Counted from the stretch's first letter, positions 30,382 through 41,165 are shown. The stretch: 64,000 bases of DNA from an uncultured Verrucomicrobiae bacterium (GCA_963837955.1 CAWIPH010000002.1:3424001-3488000); one strand, 5' to 3'. Numbers and translations: made by a program. Notes: generated by a model from the letters alone, not told the origin.

Positions 30382-31008
30382 GGGTTGGCTCCTGCTTTCG
30401 GCAACTTAACTTTGGCGACACCGACCATCGCATCACGTGTCACCAGTGCCGCGAGTTCGCTCCTCACTCAGCTTTTCGCTGCCCGCCGGCCGCTCGGGAA
30501 GCACCAGGTAGCGTAGTTCCGCCGTGCTGTCCCAAACACGTATTTCCACATCTTCAGGCAGCTCGAGGCCGAATTCGCGCAGCACGCCACGCGGGTCGAT
30601 CACCGCCCGCGAGCGATAAGGCGCGGACTTGTACCAGACCGGCGGCAAACCAAGAACCGGCCAGGGATAGCAGGAGCACAACGTGCAGACGATAAGGTTG
30701 TGCACCTTAGGCCCGTTCTCGACCACCACCATGTGCTCGCCCTGTTCGCCGGCGAAGCCGAGCTCCTCGATCGCAGCGGTGGCGTCGGTCAGCAGACGCT
30801 TCTTGTAAGCGGGATCGACCCAGGCTCGTGCTACCACTCGCGCGCCGTTGCGCGGGCCGATCTTGTGCTCGTAGGAATCGATCAATGCATCAAGAGCCGC
30901 CGGATCGACCAGTCCCTTTTCGACGAGCAACGATTCGAGTGCCTTGACGCGAAGGGTCAGATCCGAAGGAACCGCCTGGTGGTCGTGATCGTGCTTGGCC
31001 GCTTTCAT
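30378..31008 (-). CDS. nthA: Cobalt-type nitrile hydratase alpha subunit (+1 frameshift at about 30460)
   Basis: [17 protein letters not shown] (CTLCSC marks the Co type), [20 protein letters not shown]. The corrected tail [13 protein letters not shown] ends with an ATGA overlap on the beta start. Confidence 0.93.
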
Positions 31009-31142
31009 ATTGACCAGGAATTCCATTTTGGTGTCCTGGATAGATGGGAGGAACTTATACCCTACACCGTCGATGTGGCCAGCTTTTTGCAAAAGCCAAA
31101 ACTGCATTTGGCACGCGAATCGACCGCGCGCATCAATAGCTA

Positions 31143-31216
31143 TCGGGCCGGCGGGATTCGAACCCACGACCTCTTGAACCCCATTCAAGCGCACTACCAA
31201 GCTGTGCTACGGCCCG
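31143..31216 (-). tRNA. tRNA-Pro(GGG)
   Basis: CGGGCCG acceptor stem, CTTGA-AT-GGG-GT-TCAAG anticodon arm, GGTTCGAATCC T arm; CCA not encoded. Confidence 0.95.
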
Positions 31217-31522
31217 ATGATGAAAGAGATCCGAAGATGCGACCTCTCTCTTAAATTGCAAGCGGGAAGTCGCCGCGGAAGCATGGAGCAATGAGAAAAA
31301 GGAATAGCCGCAAAAGATCGCAAGAGCAGAAATAGGAAAATGGAAATAAACCGCGAGCAGACGATGATCCATTTCTCGCCAATCACCTCTCACTTCTCAC
31401 CGATCACTTTCGATGCGTTACGCGCATCGTGTCGTCCTGTTCAGAAATGCTTTGTTTGGTGTTCCAATAAATCATTCGCGATTTTGCGCTTCGGCGTTAC
31501 AATAACCGCTCTTCGTAAACGA

Positions 31523-31599
<77 letters not shown>

Positions 31600-31856
31600 G
31601 TCGAGTCAAGGGTTAAAGGTTGCGGCTTACGAGGGTGGCGGTTTGCGGTCAGCGGTATACGGTTCGGGTTACTTGCCTTCTAATTCCGTTGTGCATTCAG
31701 GGTTACCCATCCCACCCAACAGGCCAGAGCATTGGGTTGTTGGCTCACACACCTTGCTTCGCTGTCGCTCGACGGTGTGTTTCGCCCTACCAGCCTGATT
31801 TCTGGCGTCCCCTTCTGTATTCTGTATTCTGTATTCCGAATTCTTGTATCACCGCC

Positions 31857-32537
31857 GTGGTCCGTTTCGACATCCTAACCTTGTTTCCTGGCCTCTGCGA
31901 AGGCGCGTTCACCGAGAGTATTCTCGGAAAGGCGCAGGAGAACCAACTGATTGCCGTCCGTTGTCTGAATATTCGCGATTGGGCGACCGGCAAGCATCGA
32001 TTGACCGATGAACCACCTTACGGCGGTGGACCTGGCATGGTGATGAAACCGGAACCGATCTTTGCCGCCGTCGAAGCAATTCGAACCGACCGCTCGCGGG
32101 TGATCCTCATGTCACCGGGCGGACGCCGCTTTAATCAGACCATCGCGACCGAACTGGCAAAAGAGGAACATCTGATTTTGATCGGCGGTCACTACGAAGG
32201 GGTCGATCATCGAGTCTCCGAACACCTGGCGGACGAGGAGTTATCGGTCGGTGATTTCGTTCTTACCAACGGGGCGATCGCAGCCGTACTGGTGGTCGAT
32301 GCGGTGGCTCGTCTGATTCCTGGAGTGCTCGGCGACAGTGACTCGGCCGCCCATGATTCGTTCAGCGACGGTTTGCTCGAGCACCCCCAGTATACGCGGC
32401 CGAACGAATTCCGGGGATGGAAAGTACCTGAAGTTCTGCTTTCCGGAAATCATGAAGCGATTCGCCAATGGCGTTTGGAGCAAGCGAAGAAAAAGACGGC
32501 TGCAGCCCGGCCAGATCTCATAGATGATGCGTATTGA
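31857..32537 (+). CDS. trmD: tRNA (guanine37-N1)-methyltransferase
   Basis: FDILTLFP, PYGGGPGMVMKPEP, GHYEGVD, SVGDFVLTNG, LEHPQYTRP. Confidence 0.96.
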   Translation: MVRFDILTLFPGLCEGAFTESILGKAQENQLIAVRCLNIRDWATGKHRLTDEPPYGGGPGMVMKPEPIFAAVEAIRTDRSRVILMSPGGRRFNQTIATELAKEEHLILIGGHYEGVDHRVSEHLADEELSVGDFVLTNGAIAAVLVVDAVARLIPGVLGDSDSAAHDSFSDGLLEHPQYTRPNEFRGWKVPEVLLSGNHEAIRQWRLEQAKKKTAAARPDLIDDAY

Positions 32538-32583
32538 TACGAAGGAGGTCGTGCCGCGAAAACCGCAAGCCATCGCGGTGTAA

Positions 32584-34719
32584 ATGAAGATTCGTTCCCT
32601 GGTAGATCACACCTGGTGGATCCGGCGACTGTTGCTCGGATTGGTTTTCAGCGGGGGTTGTGCCGCGCTTCTGTTGTTCCTGTATTATTTCGTTTGGTCG
32701 CTTACTTTCGACCTCCGACAGGTCGGCCATATTCCTGAGCGTTCCTGGATTTACGACAGCGATGGGAACCTCTACAGCCGGCTCTACGGCGAAAACCGGA
32801 TTTTGTTGGAGTCAAACCAGATCTCGCCGTTGTTCAAGAAGGCTTTGCTCGCTCGCGAAGATTCTCGCTTTTTCGAGCACCACGGAATCGATTTTGTAGG
32901 AGTGTTTCGCGCTCTGGGGAGCAATCTGATGCACTTCACTTTGCTGCAAGGGGGCAGCACAATTACCCAGCAGCTCGCTCGCAACAGTTTCGATCTTGGC
33001 GGCAAAACGTTTAGCCGGAAAATTCTGGAAGCGTTCGTCGCGCTGCGGATCGAGCAATCGTTTACCAAGGATCAGATACTGGATTTCTACACGAACCGAA
33101 TCTATTTCGGATCGGGCTATTACGGATTAGAGACAGCTAGTCAAGCATACTTCGGAAAGCCGGCGGCGAACGTAAACCTGGCGGAGGCGGCCACGCTGGC
33201 GGGCTTGATCCGCAGCCCGAACCGATATTCGCCTCAGAAGAATCCAAACGGCGCCACCATCCAGCGAAATGAGGTGCTGGACCGCATGGTCGAACTCAAT
33301 ATGATCACGGCCTCAGAAGCAGAGACCGCGAAATCGACGCCGCTGAAAACGGCCAATAAACGTACGTCGGTTCCCCAGCAAAATTATGCGATGGACGCGC
33401 TCTACCGCGAACTGGAGGGAATCGTGAGCCAAGATGAGATCGACGCCGGTGGGCTCCGGATCTACACGACTCTCGATCCGGTTCTGCAACAAGCGGCCGA
33501 ATCGTCCGTGGAGAGCTGGTTGCAGCAGGTCGAAAAAAGAACTGACTACAAACATCCCCGAAAATCGGGTTATACCGACGCCGACCGCGCGGCCGAAGCT
33601 CCGACTGCTTATTTGCAAGGCTCCACTATCGTATTGGACAATCGCTCCGGGGGTATCCGCGCTCTGGTAGGCGGACGGGATTTTCGCGACAGCAAATTTA
33701 ATCGAGCATTGCAGGCTTCTCGGCCGATCGGCTCCACCTTCAAACCATTTGTTTATGCAGCCGCTTACGGACAGGGACTATTCCCCGGGACACTGATTAG
33801 TGATGATCCGTTGCAACTGGGCGAGGTGCGTACCGCACCGCGTTGGGCGCCGAATAATTCCGACGGAACAAATCGTGGACAGCTGCCGGCTCGGGATGGT
33901 CTGATTTTTTCCCGTAACACGATGACTGTCCGGGTCGGCGAAAAAGCGACCTTGGACAAGGTACAAGCCTTGGCAAACCTCGCTGGATTTGGGAGCGACA
34001 TTCCGAAGGTACCGGCCATTTATCTTGGGGCCTTCGGATCGACGGTTAAAGATGTCACTGCGGCCTACAGTGCATTGGCGGGGGGAGGAGTACGGCGCGA
34101 GCCATATTTGATCGAACGCATAGATGACCAGGATGGAAATATCATCTACCAAGCACATCCCCAACAGCGACAGATTCTCTCCCCGGCGATCGCTTGGATG
34201 GTGGCGCAGACGCTCCGCGGCGTGATTGAACGCGGAACGGCAGCATCAGCTAAATCATTTGGTCTCGATCGGATCGCCGCCGGGAAAACCGGGACGACCG
34301 ACGAATACAAAGATGCTTGGTTCGTTGGATTCACTAATTCACTGACCTGCGGTGTCTGGGTCGGTTTTGATCAACCGCAAACGATTGAACAAAAAGGTTA
34401 TGGTGCAACTTTGGCGCTTCCGATCTGGGTTCGGATCATGGAAAAAGCCCCGCGTCAGCAGTATCCGGATGGAGAGTTTCCTGCCCCGGAAAAGCTCGTT
34501 CAGGTTCAGCTCTGTTCGGTTTCAAATCAATTAGCAACAGCCGATTGTCAGGCAGCAGGAACTGCTTACCAGATCGCGCTACCACAGTCGATGTGCCCGC
34601 AGCAAAGTTGTCTCGTTCATCAAGGCCGACTGTTGAATCCCGATGAAGAACCGGCCAGGAACGAAGGCAACTTCCCACAACGTTTCTTTCGTTCATTGCA
34701 GAACTTGTTTGGAAGATAA
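32584..34719 (+). CDS. Class A penicillin-binding protein (PBP1A family)
   Basis: EDSRFFEHHG, QGGSTITQQL, RKILE, GSTFKP (SxxK), SRN, KTGT. Confidence 0.93.
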   Translation: MKIRSLVDHTWWIRRLLLGLVFSGGCAALLLFLYYFVWSLTFDLRQVGHIPERSWIYDSDGNLYSRLYGENRILLESNQISPLFKKALLAREDSRFFEHHGIDFVGVFRALGSNLMHFTLLQGGSTITQQLARNSFDLGGKTFSRKILEAFVALRIEQSFTKDQILDFYTNRIYFGSGYYGLETASQAYFGKPAANVNLAEAATLAGLIRSPNRYSPQKNPNGATIQRNEVLDRMVELNMITASEAETAKSTPLKTANKRTSVPQQNYAMDALYRELEGIVSQDEIDAGGLRIYTTLDPVLQQAAESSVESWLQQVEKRTDYKHPRKSGYTDADRAAEAPTAYLQGSTIVLDNRSGGIRALVGGRDFRDSKFNRALQASRPIGSTFKPFVYAAAYGQGLFPGTLISDDPLQLGEVRTAPRWAPNNSDGTNRGQLPARDGLIFSRNTMTVRVGEKATLDKVQALANLAGFGSDIPKVPAIYLGAFGSTVKDVTAAYSALAGGGVRREPYLIERIDDQDGNIIYQAHPQQRQILSPAIAWMVAQTLRGVIERGTAASAKSFGLDRIAAGKTGTTDEYKDAWFVGFTNSLTCGVWVGFDQPQTIEQKGYGATLALPIWVRIMEKAPRQQYPDGEFPAPEKLVQVQLCSVSNQLATADCQAAGTAYQIALPQSMCPQQSCLVHQGRLLNPDEEPARNEGNFPQRFFRSLQNLFGR

Positions 34720-35138
34720 TCCAGGAAGTCAGGAGCGGGAGTCAGCGGTAAGCGGTGAGCGAAGTGCGAGGGTGGTTCCTCGGTAGCGGGGACTGTCCGA
34801 TTGGGCTTCAGGCTCAGCTGGAGCCTCCATTGCCAGGTTGGCAGAGGGCTAAAAAGTGGGAACAGTCTTCCCTTAATTTTCGTGGAAAAGAGGACGGGTT
34901 GCGGAACGAAAAGTAGAAAATGGGGACTTCTTCATGCGGTGTCATGGAGAATTCTTATTGTCTATAGCTCAGTATGGATTGACGCTAACCCCCTGATCAT
35001 CGCCTAACGGTCGAGCTCCCATTATCAATTGGCAGCCGGCGTTGACACAACGTTCGCGCAAGAATTTGTTTCTCGCGCCGAGGACCGTAGGTAAAGTCTC
35101 GCCTGTTTAATGCCAACCAAGTTAATTAGAGAGCTCCG

Positions 35139-35651
35139 ATGAGTAAAATCGTGGTGTGCTTCCCCATTTTTGTCTGCTTCGCCGCATTTCAGGCATGTTC
35201 TAGTTCGTCTTCTCAATTGTCGCTTCAACAAATCAACGCGTATTCAGTGGCCACCAGCTTCCTGACTCTCTGCGACGGCGCGGATTATAAGAGTGCTTTA
35301 GACCTTTACGCGGGACCGATAAAGTCACACCAGGAAGGCACAACGTGGGTTACTCAGATGCAAGGCAAACGAGCGCCTTTCGGTGTCCCGATTGGACGCA
35401 ATTGGGTTAACCGGCAAGGGCTGAGCGAGTCGCCCAATATGACGTTCCAATTTCGCGCCACTTTTCCGAATAAGCCACCGGTGGACGAAGTTGTCTCGGT
35501 AACAAGAACCTCTGGGCACTGGCAGGTTTACGATTACAAGTTTCAAGTGCTCGGCAAGCGTCCGTCGCCTTCACTGACAGCGACACCGGCGCCAACTACC
35601 GCCCAAAATCGAGATAGGTATATCCGCGCAAACCGCGCTCGTATTCATTGA
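35139..35651 (+). CDS. DUF4019-like exported protein
   Basis: Signal/lipoprotein-like N-terminus, FLTLCD..DY, R.PFG, W.VYDY; 3' end overlaps speA by 56 nt. Confidence 0.6.
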   Translation: MSKIVVCFPIFVCFAAFQACSSSSSQLSLQQINAYSVATSFLTLCDGADYKSALDLYAGPIKSHQEGTTWVTQMQGKRAPFGVPIGRNWVNRQGLSESPNMTFQFRATFPNKPPVDEVVSVTRTSGHWQVYDYKFQVLGKRPSPSLTATPAPTTAQNRDRYIRANRARIH

Positions 35652-37509
35652 GCAGACGCATCGCCTCATTCGGCTTGAGTCGATCCGACTTTATCGCCGC
35701 GTCGACTTGAGATTTCACGAGACGGATCAATTCATTTTGATCCCATTGCGTTAACGAAAGCACGCTGCCAACCGTACTGCCTTCGATGACTTCCTCGATG
35801 TACCAACCCGACTCCTCATCTTCATCGAGGAAAACGTGAACTTCGTTTACCCTGCCAAAGAGGTTGTGCAGGTCCCCCATGATGTCCTGGTAGGCGCCCA
35901 TGAGGAAAAAGCCGAGGTAATACGACTCGCCCGATCGAAACCGGTGCAACGGCAACGTCTGCTTTACATCCTGCAGGTCGATGAACTTGTTCACCTTCCC
36001 ATCGGAATCGCAGGTGATATCGACCAAAGTACCATTGCGATCGGGCGGCTGCTGCAAGTGATGCACCGGCATGATCGGAAAGAGTTGTCCCAAAGCCCAG
36101 TGATCCAGCAGCGATTGGAAGACCGAAAAATTGCAGAGATACTGATCGCCCAGCGCGATCTCGAGTTCCTTCACCTCCTCCGGCACGTACCTCATCCCTC
36201 GGCAAAAATTGACGACAGCCTCGGCAATTTGCCAATAAATCGACTCAATCTTCGCTTTGCTTTCCAAATCCAGCAGACCGAGCTCGAACATCGATTGCGC
36301 TTGTTCCTTGGTCTGCTGCGCATCGTGTAGATTTTCCATCCGGTTCTGCTTGTTCATCGTTCGCTGAATTTCGACGATGTCGGCTAGCAGTTTCGGATCG
36401 GTTTCCTTGATTTCGACGGATGAGTTGCCGGTCGCTTTCTCGATCGAGCCGAAGGCCTCGACCACCAACACCGAATGATGGGCAACTATGGCCCGACCAC
36501 CTTCGCTGACGATGGTGGGATGCGGCACTTTCTCGGAGTCGCAAACATCCATGATGTTATAAACGACGTCGCGCGCATACTCCTGCAAAGTGTAGTTCAT
36601 CGAACTATCGAAAGCGGTCCGGGAACCGTCGTAGTCAACGCCCAGACCACCGCCCACATCGAGGAACTCCATCGGATGTCCCATTTTTGCCAGCTTAGCA
36701 AAGAACCGGGCCGCTTCTCTGACCGCTCGCTTGACTACCCCGATGTCCGGGACTTGCGAGCCGACGTGGAAATGCACCAGCCGCAACGCGTCTGCCATCC
36801 CCTCCTCTTTCAAGTACTGGCTGGCCGCGACCAAATCGGCTGTGGAAAGCCCGAATTTCGCGTTCTCTCCGCCGCTGGTTGCCCAGCGTCCGGAACTCTT
36901 CGCCTGCAAACGAACGCGCAGCCCAAGAATCGGCGAGACGTTCATCTCCTTGGAAAGCTGGACGATCTGCCGGATCTCTTCGATCTTTTCCACCACCATG
37001 ATCACTTGCTTGCCTAGTTTCCGGCCAAGCAACGCGATCTTGATGAAAGTCGGGTCCTTGTAGCCGTTGCAAATGATCAGGCTTTCGGGATCGCGGTGAA
37101 CAGCCAATGCCGCGATCAGCTCCGGTTTACTTCCAGCCTCCAGGCCGAAATGAAAAGGCGCTCCGGCATCGATGATCTCTTCGACTACTTCCCTCAGCTG
37201 GTTGACCTTGATTGGAAAGACTCCTTTATAGACGTTTTTGTAGCCCGCGTCAGCGATGGCGGCTTGAAACTCACGGTTTACCGTTTCGACGCGATGACGA
37301 AGCAGATCTTGAAAACGGATAACCAGCGGAAAGGCCATCCCTCGATCGCGCGCTTCCTGGATTACTTCGACGAGGTCGATGTTGCAGCCGTCTTGCTGGG
37401 TTGGCATCACCTGAACATTCCCGGCGGCGTTAATCGAGAAATAACCGGATCCCCAACGGTCAATGTTATACAGGGAAACGGCGGATGGAATATCCCAGCT
37501 TTCAGACAT
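35596..37509 (-). CDS. speA: Biosynthetic arginine decarboxylase
   Basis: FPIKVNQ, GLEAGSKPEL, HFHVGSQ, DVGGGLGVDYDG, DITCDSDG, GAYQDIMGDLHNLFG. Confidence 0.96.
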   Translation of the reverse strand: MSESWDIPSAVSLYNIDRWGSGYFSINAAGNVQVMPTQQDGCNIDLVEVIQEARDRGMAFPLVIRFQDLLRHRVETVNREFQAAIADAGYKNVYKGVFPIKVNQLREVVEEIIDAGAPFHFGLEAGSKPELIAALAVHRDPESLIICNGYKDPTFIKIALLGRKLGKQVIMVVEKIEEIRQIVQLSKEMNVSPILGLRVRLQAKSSGRWATSGGENAKFGLSTADLVAASQYLKEEGMADALRLVHFHVGSQVPDIGVVKRAVREAARFFAKLAKMGHPMEFLDVGGGLGVDYDGSRTAFDSSMNYTLQEYARDVVYNIMDVCDSEKVPHPTIVSEGGRAIVAHHSVLVVEAFGSIEKATGNSSVEIKETDPKLLADIVEIQRTMNKQNRMENLHDAQQTKEQAQSMFELGLLDLESKAKIESIYWQIAEAVVNFCRGMRYVPEEVKELEIALGDQYLCNFSVFQSLLDHWALGQLFPIMPVHHLQQPPDRNGTLVDITCDSDGKVNKFIDLQDVKQTLPLHRFRSGESYYLGFFLMGAYQDIMGDLHNLFGRVNEVHVFLDEDEESGWYIEEVIEGSTVGSVLSLTQWDQNELIRLVKSQVDAAIKSDRLKPNEAMRLLNEYERGLRGYTYLDFGR

Positions 37510-37582
37510 GTTTCGCGCAAACTAAGTGGTCAGCTTTCAAATGCAATTGGCTGATGCGAAATATGCAGACAATTGCGAAAAA

Positions 37583-38056
37583 TTAGATTTCCTCTTCGGT
37601 TTCCCCTTCGGCTGGCCCTTCCTCTTCCATCTTTCGCAAGATCTCAGTCATATCTTCCACTTCTTCCCAAACCTCCCGACTCACGTAAATCGCGGCGCTT
37701 TGTTGGGTCGCCATGGCAATGCAGTCGCTCGGTCGCGCATCGATCTCGATAATCTTCCGCTGATGCAGTTCGTTCTCCGCGCTTAAGATCATTCGGGCAA
37801 AATAGGTGCCACGCTTAAGGTCGTTGATCACTACGCGCTCAATTTGGGCCCCCAGCGCCCGCAAAACGTGAGCCAGAAGATCGTGAGTCAACGGACGCTC
37901 CTTGTGTGCCCCCCGCATAAACATGGTGATCGCCTGACCAACCCCTTGGTCTACGTAAATCACAAAAACTTTCTCGTTGTTACCAACAAAGACGGCGCAA
38001 CCCCCGCTAGTCGGGATCACGGCCCGGACTTGTACTTCCACAACGGGTTTGCTCAT
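37583..38056 (-). CDS. Bifunctional nuclease (DUF151) family protein
   Basis: RPLTHDL, YFA, IDARPSDCIA. Confidence 0.92.
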   Translation of the reverse strand: MSKPVVEVQVRAVIPTSGGCAVFVGNNEKVFVIYVDQGVGQAITMFMRGAHKERPLTHDLLAHVLRALGAQIERVVINDLKRGTYFARMILSAENELHQRKIIEIDARPSDCIAMATQQSAAIYVSREVWEEVEDMTEILRKMEEEGPAEGETEEEI

Positions 38057-38153
38057 AGCGGGAACGTACTCGCGGTTGCTGGAAATCGTCAACGCTAGCA
38101 ATGAGTTAACCGCATCGATCCGCTCGCCTTTCCATGGGTGGCGCACGTTTAAT

Positions 38154-38660
38154 CTATTTTTTCGGCAGAGAACCTTCCCCCAAGATTTCTATCAATCGTT
38201 CTTGTACCGCTGCGTAGAAATTAATCTGCAAGAGAACCAAGTCGCGTCGGGAAAAGGTTTTTGGTGTTTGGTTGAACGATAGTTCCGCCTCAGAGAAATC
38301 ATATTTGGTGGCCAGAACCAGGCGCGCTTGATTCAACGCATTGAGCCAAGATTCCGCGTGAACCAGCGGCACCAAGAGATGGCTAATTTTGCCGGGCCGG
38401 CGGGTCATCGCCGCAAGATCTTCTTCCACCACTTTTCGCGCACTCAAAAACAGGTGGCGCAACTCCGGCCGCACAAACTCCTCCCAATCTTTGACCATTC
38501 CAGGAGTTCCTTGACTGGTGGGCGACGGGTAGAGACGTTCCTCCGCTTTCTCTTCGCCCTCCGAATCGCCGGCAGTCGGGATTTGTTTAAGCAGTTCAGC
38601 TTCGATCGATTCGATCCGGGAGAACTCTATCGACTTATCCTTCGACCGGCGGATCATCAT
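38154..38660 (-). CDS. DUF2017 family protein
   Basis: ERLYP, DWEEFVRPEL, WLNALNQARLVL; ATGA-coupled to clpS. Confidence 0.75.
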   Translation of the reverse strand: MMIRRSKDKSIEFSRIESIEAELLKQIPTAGDSEGEEKAEERLYPSPTSQGTPGMVKDWEEFVRPELRHLFLSARKVVEEDLAAMTRRPGKISHLLVPLVHAESWLNALNQARLVLATKYDFSEAELSFNQTPKTFSRRDLVLLQINFYAAVQERLIEILGEGSLPKK

Positions 38661-38935
38661 CCTTCTGTTCTCTCCAGAGTCGCATGGAGCAAGTACCCAT
38701 GTAGTTGTTGAACATATAACTCGGCCGTTTCGCGATCTCCCGTCCAAACAATGGAACGACCCTTGTGGTGGACCTCCAGCATGTGGTGCCGCGCCCGATC
38801 TACAGAAAAGCCAAATACCTTCTGAAATACCATGGTCACGTAGCTCATAAGATTCACCGGATCGTTGTGAACCACGACGTTCCAAGGGGTAGCAAGCTGG
38901 GTAGCTGATTTTGTTTCCTCGAGCGTTTCAGCCAT
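38657..38935 (-). CDS. clpS: ATP-dependent Clp protease adaptor ClpS
   Basis: VVVHNDPVNLMSYV, MLEVHHKGRSIV. Confidence 0.93.
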   Translation of the reverse strand: MAETLEETKSATQLATPWNVVVHNDPVNLMSYVTMVFQKVFGFSVDRARHHMLEVHHKGRSIVWTGDRETAELYVQQLHGYLLHATLERTEG

Positions 38936-39512
38936 GGATTCGGATCTTCTCCGCCGCCGGATGAAGACCTTCCCGATAATAATCGTTCACCGTCTTGGCG
39001 GCATCTGCGAACAGCTTCTCGAACTGCTCTCGATCGGGAAGTTCCAGCATCAACTCGAGTAAGACGTAGGCGAAGATCGTCGTTCGAGCTGGGATCGAGA
39101 AAGAGATCGCGCGAACCGCGAAAAGTGTCACGAAGTGCCCCGGAGTTTCTCCGGTTCGAATCGCCTGTTGAAGACGGGCAACCATCCGATCACCTTTGGG
39201 CGGTCGAGCCTGTAGGAGCCGCTCGGCCGCCAGCTGGCTTCGCCGCGAAAGCGATGAGTTGAGAAACTGCTGCAGCGATCGATCCAGAAGTACAATCTCG
39301 CGAAACGAATGTCGCAGCGCTAAATCGACGACTTCCGCCAAATGCGGGAGCACCAAAGGCCCAAATAGCAACGTCTGCCAGCTGCGCCAATTCGCGGCAG
39401 GATCGGTACCCGCTCGCCACAACACGCCTTCGCTAAACGCCGCTCCCACACCGCAGCGGTCGATTACGCGGATCAACTCTTCGATGCCAGTGCCCTCGCA
39501 ACTTTTGCCCAT
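38928..39512 (-). CDS. Hypothetical protein, possibly UreF-like helical fold
   Basis: Overlaps the clpS start; TPGHFVTLFA resembles UreF-type motifs. Confidence 0.55.
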   Translation of the reverse strand: MGKSCEGTGIEELIRVIDRCGVGAAFSEGVLWRAGTDPAANWRSWQTLLFGPLVLPHLAEVVDLALRHSFREIVLLDRSLQQFLNSSLSRRSQLAAERLLQARPPKGDRMVARLQQAIRTGETPGHFVTLFAVRAISFSIPARTTIFAYVLLELMLELPDREQFEKLFADAAKTVNDYYREGLHPAAEKIRIHG

Positions 39513-39593
39513 ACCGGTAGTCCTATCACGAGTTTGGATGGCCGTCGATCTCCCAGGTCAGTGGTTTTACACGCGCCGGCCGGGTTAAGAGAT

Positions 39594-39882
39594 TGTCCCG
39601 GAGGACGCCGTGTCAATAGCCGAGCAACTCAGTGCGGCCGGGAAGAGAAAAGTCCCGGAGGGACGCTCGATAGTAGCCCAGCACTTTAGTGCTGGGTTCG
39701 CGTTTTTTAGCGCTACGTCCCGGTAGGGACGATCGATCACCGCTTGGTCTAAGTGAATAGGCATCCCATGCCGAAGCTGGCCGATGGTTCAAAGTCCACT
39801 CCGGGACGCGTTTCGGCGCCTTTTGCACCATTGCCGAGAACTAAATGCTAGGGCTTCTACCCTAGGCTTTCCTCGGGACTGA
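39594..39882. repeat. Palindrome-rich REP/MITE-like intergenic element
   Basis: Multiple GTCCC(G)…GGGAC palindromes and hairpins CCCAGCAC-TTTA-GTGCTGGG and CTAGGG…CCCTAG. Confidence 0.65.
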
Positions 39883-39905
39883 TTCCCCCCCGGCCTCGCT
39901 AGAGC

Positions 39906-40586
39906 CTACGTCCCCAAAAACCAAATGAGTTCTCCTTTTTCGGGCTGAACATGCTCCGCCGGTAACCCACTTTTTCCGCTAAGAACCTGATCAACAAGGC
40001 TCTTTTTTTGCGGATCATTGACCAGAAATGCAACACGCCGGGCAGCGTTGATCAGCGGAAAAGTAAAAGTAATCCGATAACAATTGAGCTTCGGAACGAA
40101 GTTGCTTACCACATTGCGTTCTCGTTCCTTCACCGCGGCAGTACCTGGAAACAACGAAGCCGTGTGGCCGTCGTCTCCGAGACCGAGCAGAATCAAATCG
40201 TGGCGGTAACGCTTTTCCCCGAATCGTTTGGCGATATGTTGGAGCGCTGTCTCATAATCGTTTGCGGCTTCCTCGGGCGGAAGCTCTCCTTTCATTCGCA
40301 GCACTTCGCCCGGGCTGGTCACCAAAAGAAACGACTCCGACGCCATCCGGTAATTGCTCTCTCTATCTTCCGGCGCCACGCATCGCTCGTCGCCAAAGGT
40401 CACGATCCATTTGCTCCAGCGACACTCCTTTAAGGCTAGCGCCTGATAAACCGGACGCGGCGTCTTCCCGCCGCTCAAGTTTAACCGAAAATGGCCCCGC
40501 TCATCAATCGCGTCCCGCGCGGAATCTGCGATGAAGCGAGCGGCATCTTCATCAAACGAGCGGGTGCGAATAATCTCGGGTTTCAT
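39906..40586 (-). CDS. pgl: 6-phosphogluconolactonase
   Basis: LSGGKTP, FGDERCV, SNY, LGLGDDGHTASLFP, RITFT. Confidence 0.95.
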   Translation of the reverse strand: MKPEIIRTRSFDEDAARFIADSARDAIDERGHFRLNLSGGKTPRPVYQALALKECRWSKWIVTFGDERCVAPEDRESNYRMASESFLLVTSPGEVLRMKGELPPEEAANDYETALQHIAKRFGEKRYRHDLILLGLGDDGHTASLFPGTAAVKERERNVVSNFVPKLNCYRITFTFPLINAARRVAFLVNDPQKKSLVDQVLSGKSGLPAEHVQPEKGELIWFLGT

Positions 40587-41053
40587 AGGAACTTCACGGG
40601 GAGCAAGAACTCTAGTCTACCAACACCCGCTTTGAGTTTTGGTAAAGTGACTTTTGCGAGACTCGCTTTACGAAACCGAATGCACTCTTCCGCGCCGCCG
40701 ATCAACGCGGCAGCAAATTCGCTGAAATCCGGATCGTGACCGACGAGCAGCACCGAGGGCTGGCTACTATAGGGCTTAAGACCGTTGAGAGCGGTTTCTG
40801 TTGTCATCCCGGGGGCGGCGAATTCACCAACCTCAACGCGGTCAGCAATCTTTAGCTCATCGGCAACGATCTTCGCCGTCTGCAACGCTCGGGCCAGAGG
40901 GCTAGTGACAATTTTTTCGAAATACAGATCGTGTCGCGCACAAAATCGGCCAATCGTCCGAGCTTGTTCGCGGCCCCGGTCGGTTAACCGGCGCTCCTTG
41001 TCCGAGGCTGCTTCCTCTTCGGCTTCGGCGTGACGCAGCAGGTAGAGGTTCAT
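40583..41053 (-). CDS. sixA: Phosphohistidine phosphatase SixA
   Basis: LYLLRHAEA, SPLARALQTA, LLVGHDP. Confidence 0.92.
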   Translation of the reverse strand: MNLYLLRHAEAEEEAASDKERRLTDRGREQARTIGRFCARHDLYFEKIVTSPLARALQTAKIVADELKIADRVEVGEFAAPGMTTETALNGLKPYSSQPSVLLVGHDPDFSEFAAALIGGAEECIRFRKASLAKVTLPKLKAGVGRLEFLLPVKFL

Positions 41054-41165
41054 GGTGGATTGTATACTAGTGCACAAGTCTGTGGAATTGATAGCAGCGA
41101 CGCATGGAGATATTTCAGAGGAGGAAAATGGAGCGTCCCGCGATTCGGATTGCACCCAAGTCTGG

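Noticed and set aside
30433..31200. 255-aa nitrile hydratase alpha with a long N-terminal extension
   Set aside because: The extension reads through tRNA-Pro; the likely start is the ATG at 31008.
31100..31216. Integrative element or prophage attached at tRNA-Pro
   Set aside because: No integrase and no duplicated tRNA 3' end were found by eye in the window.
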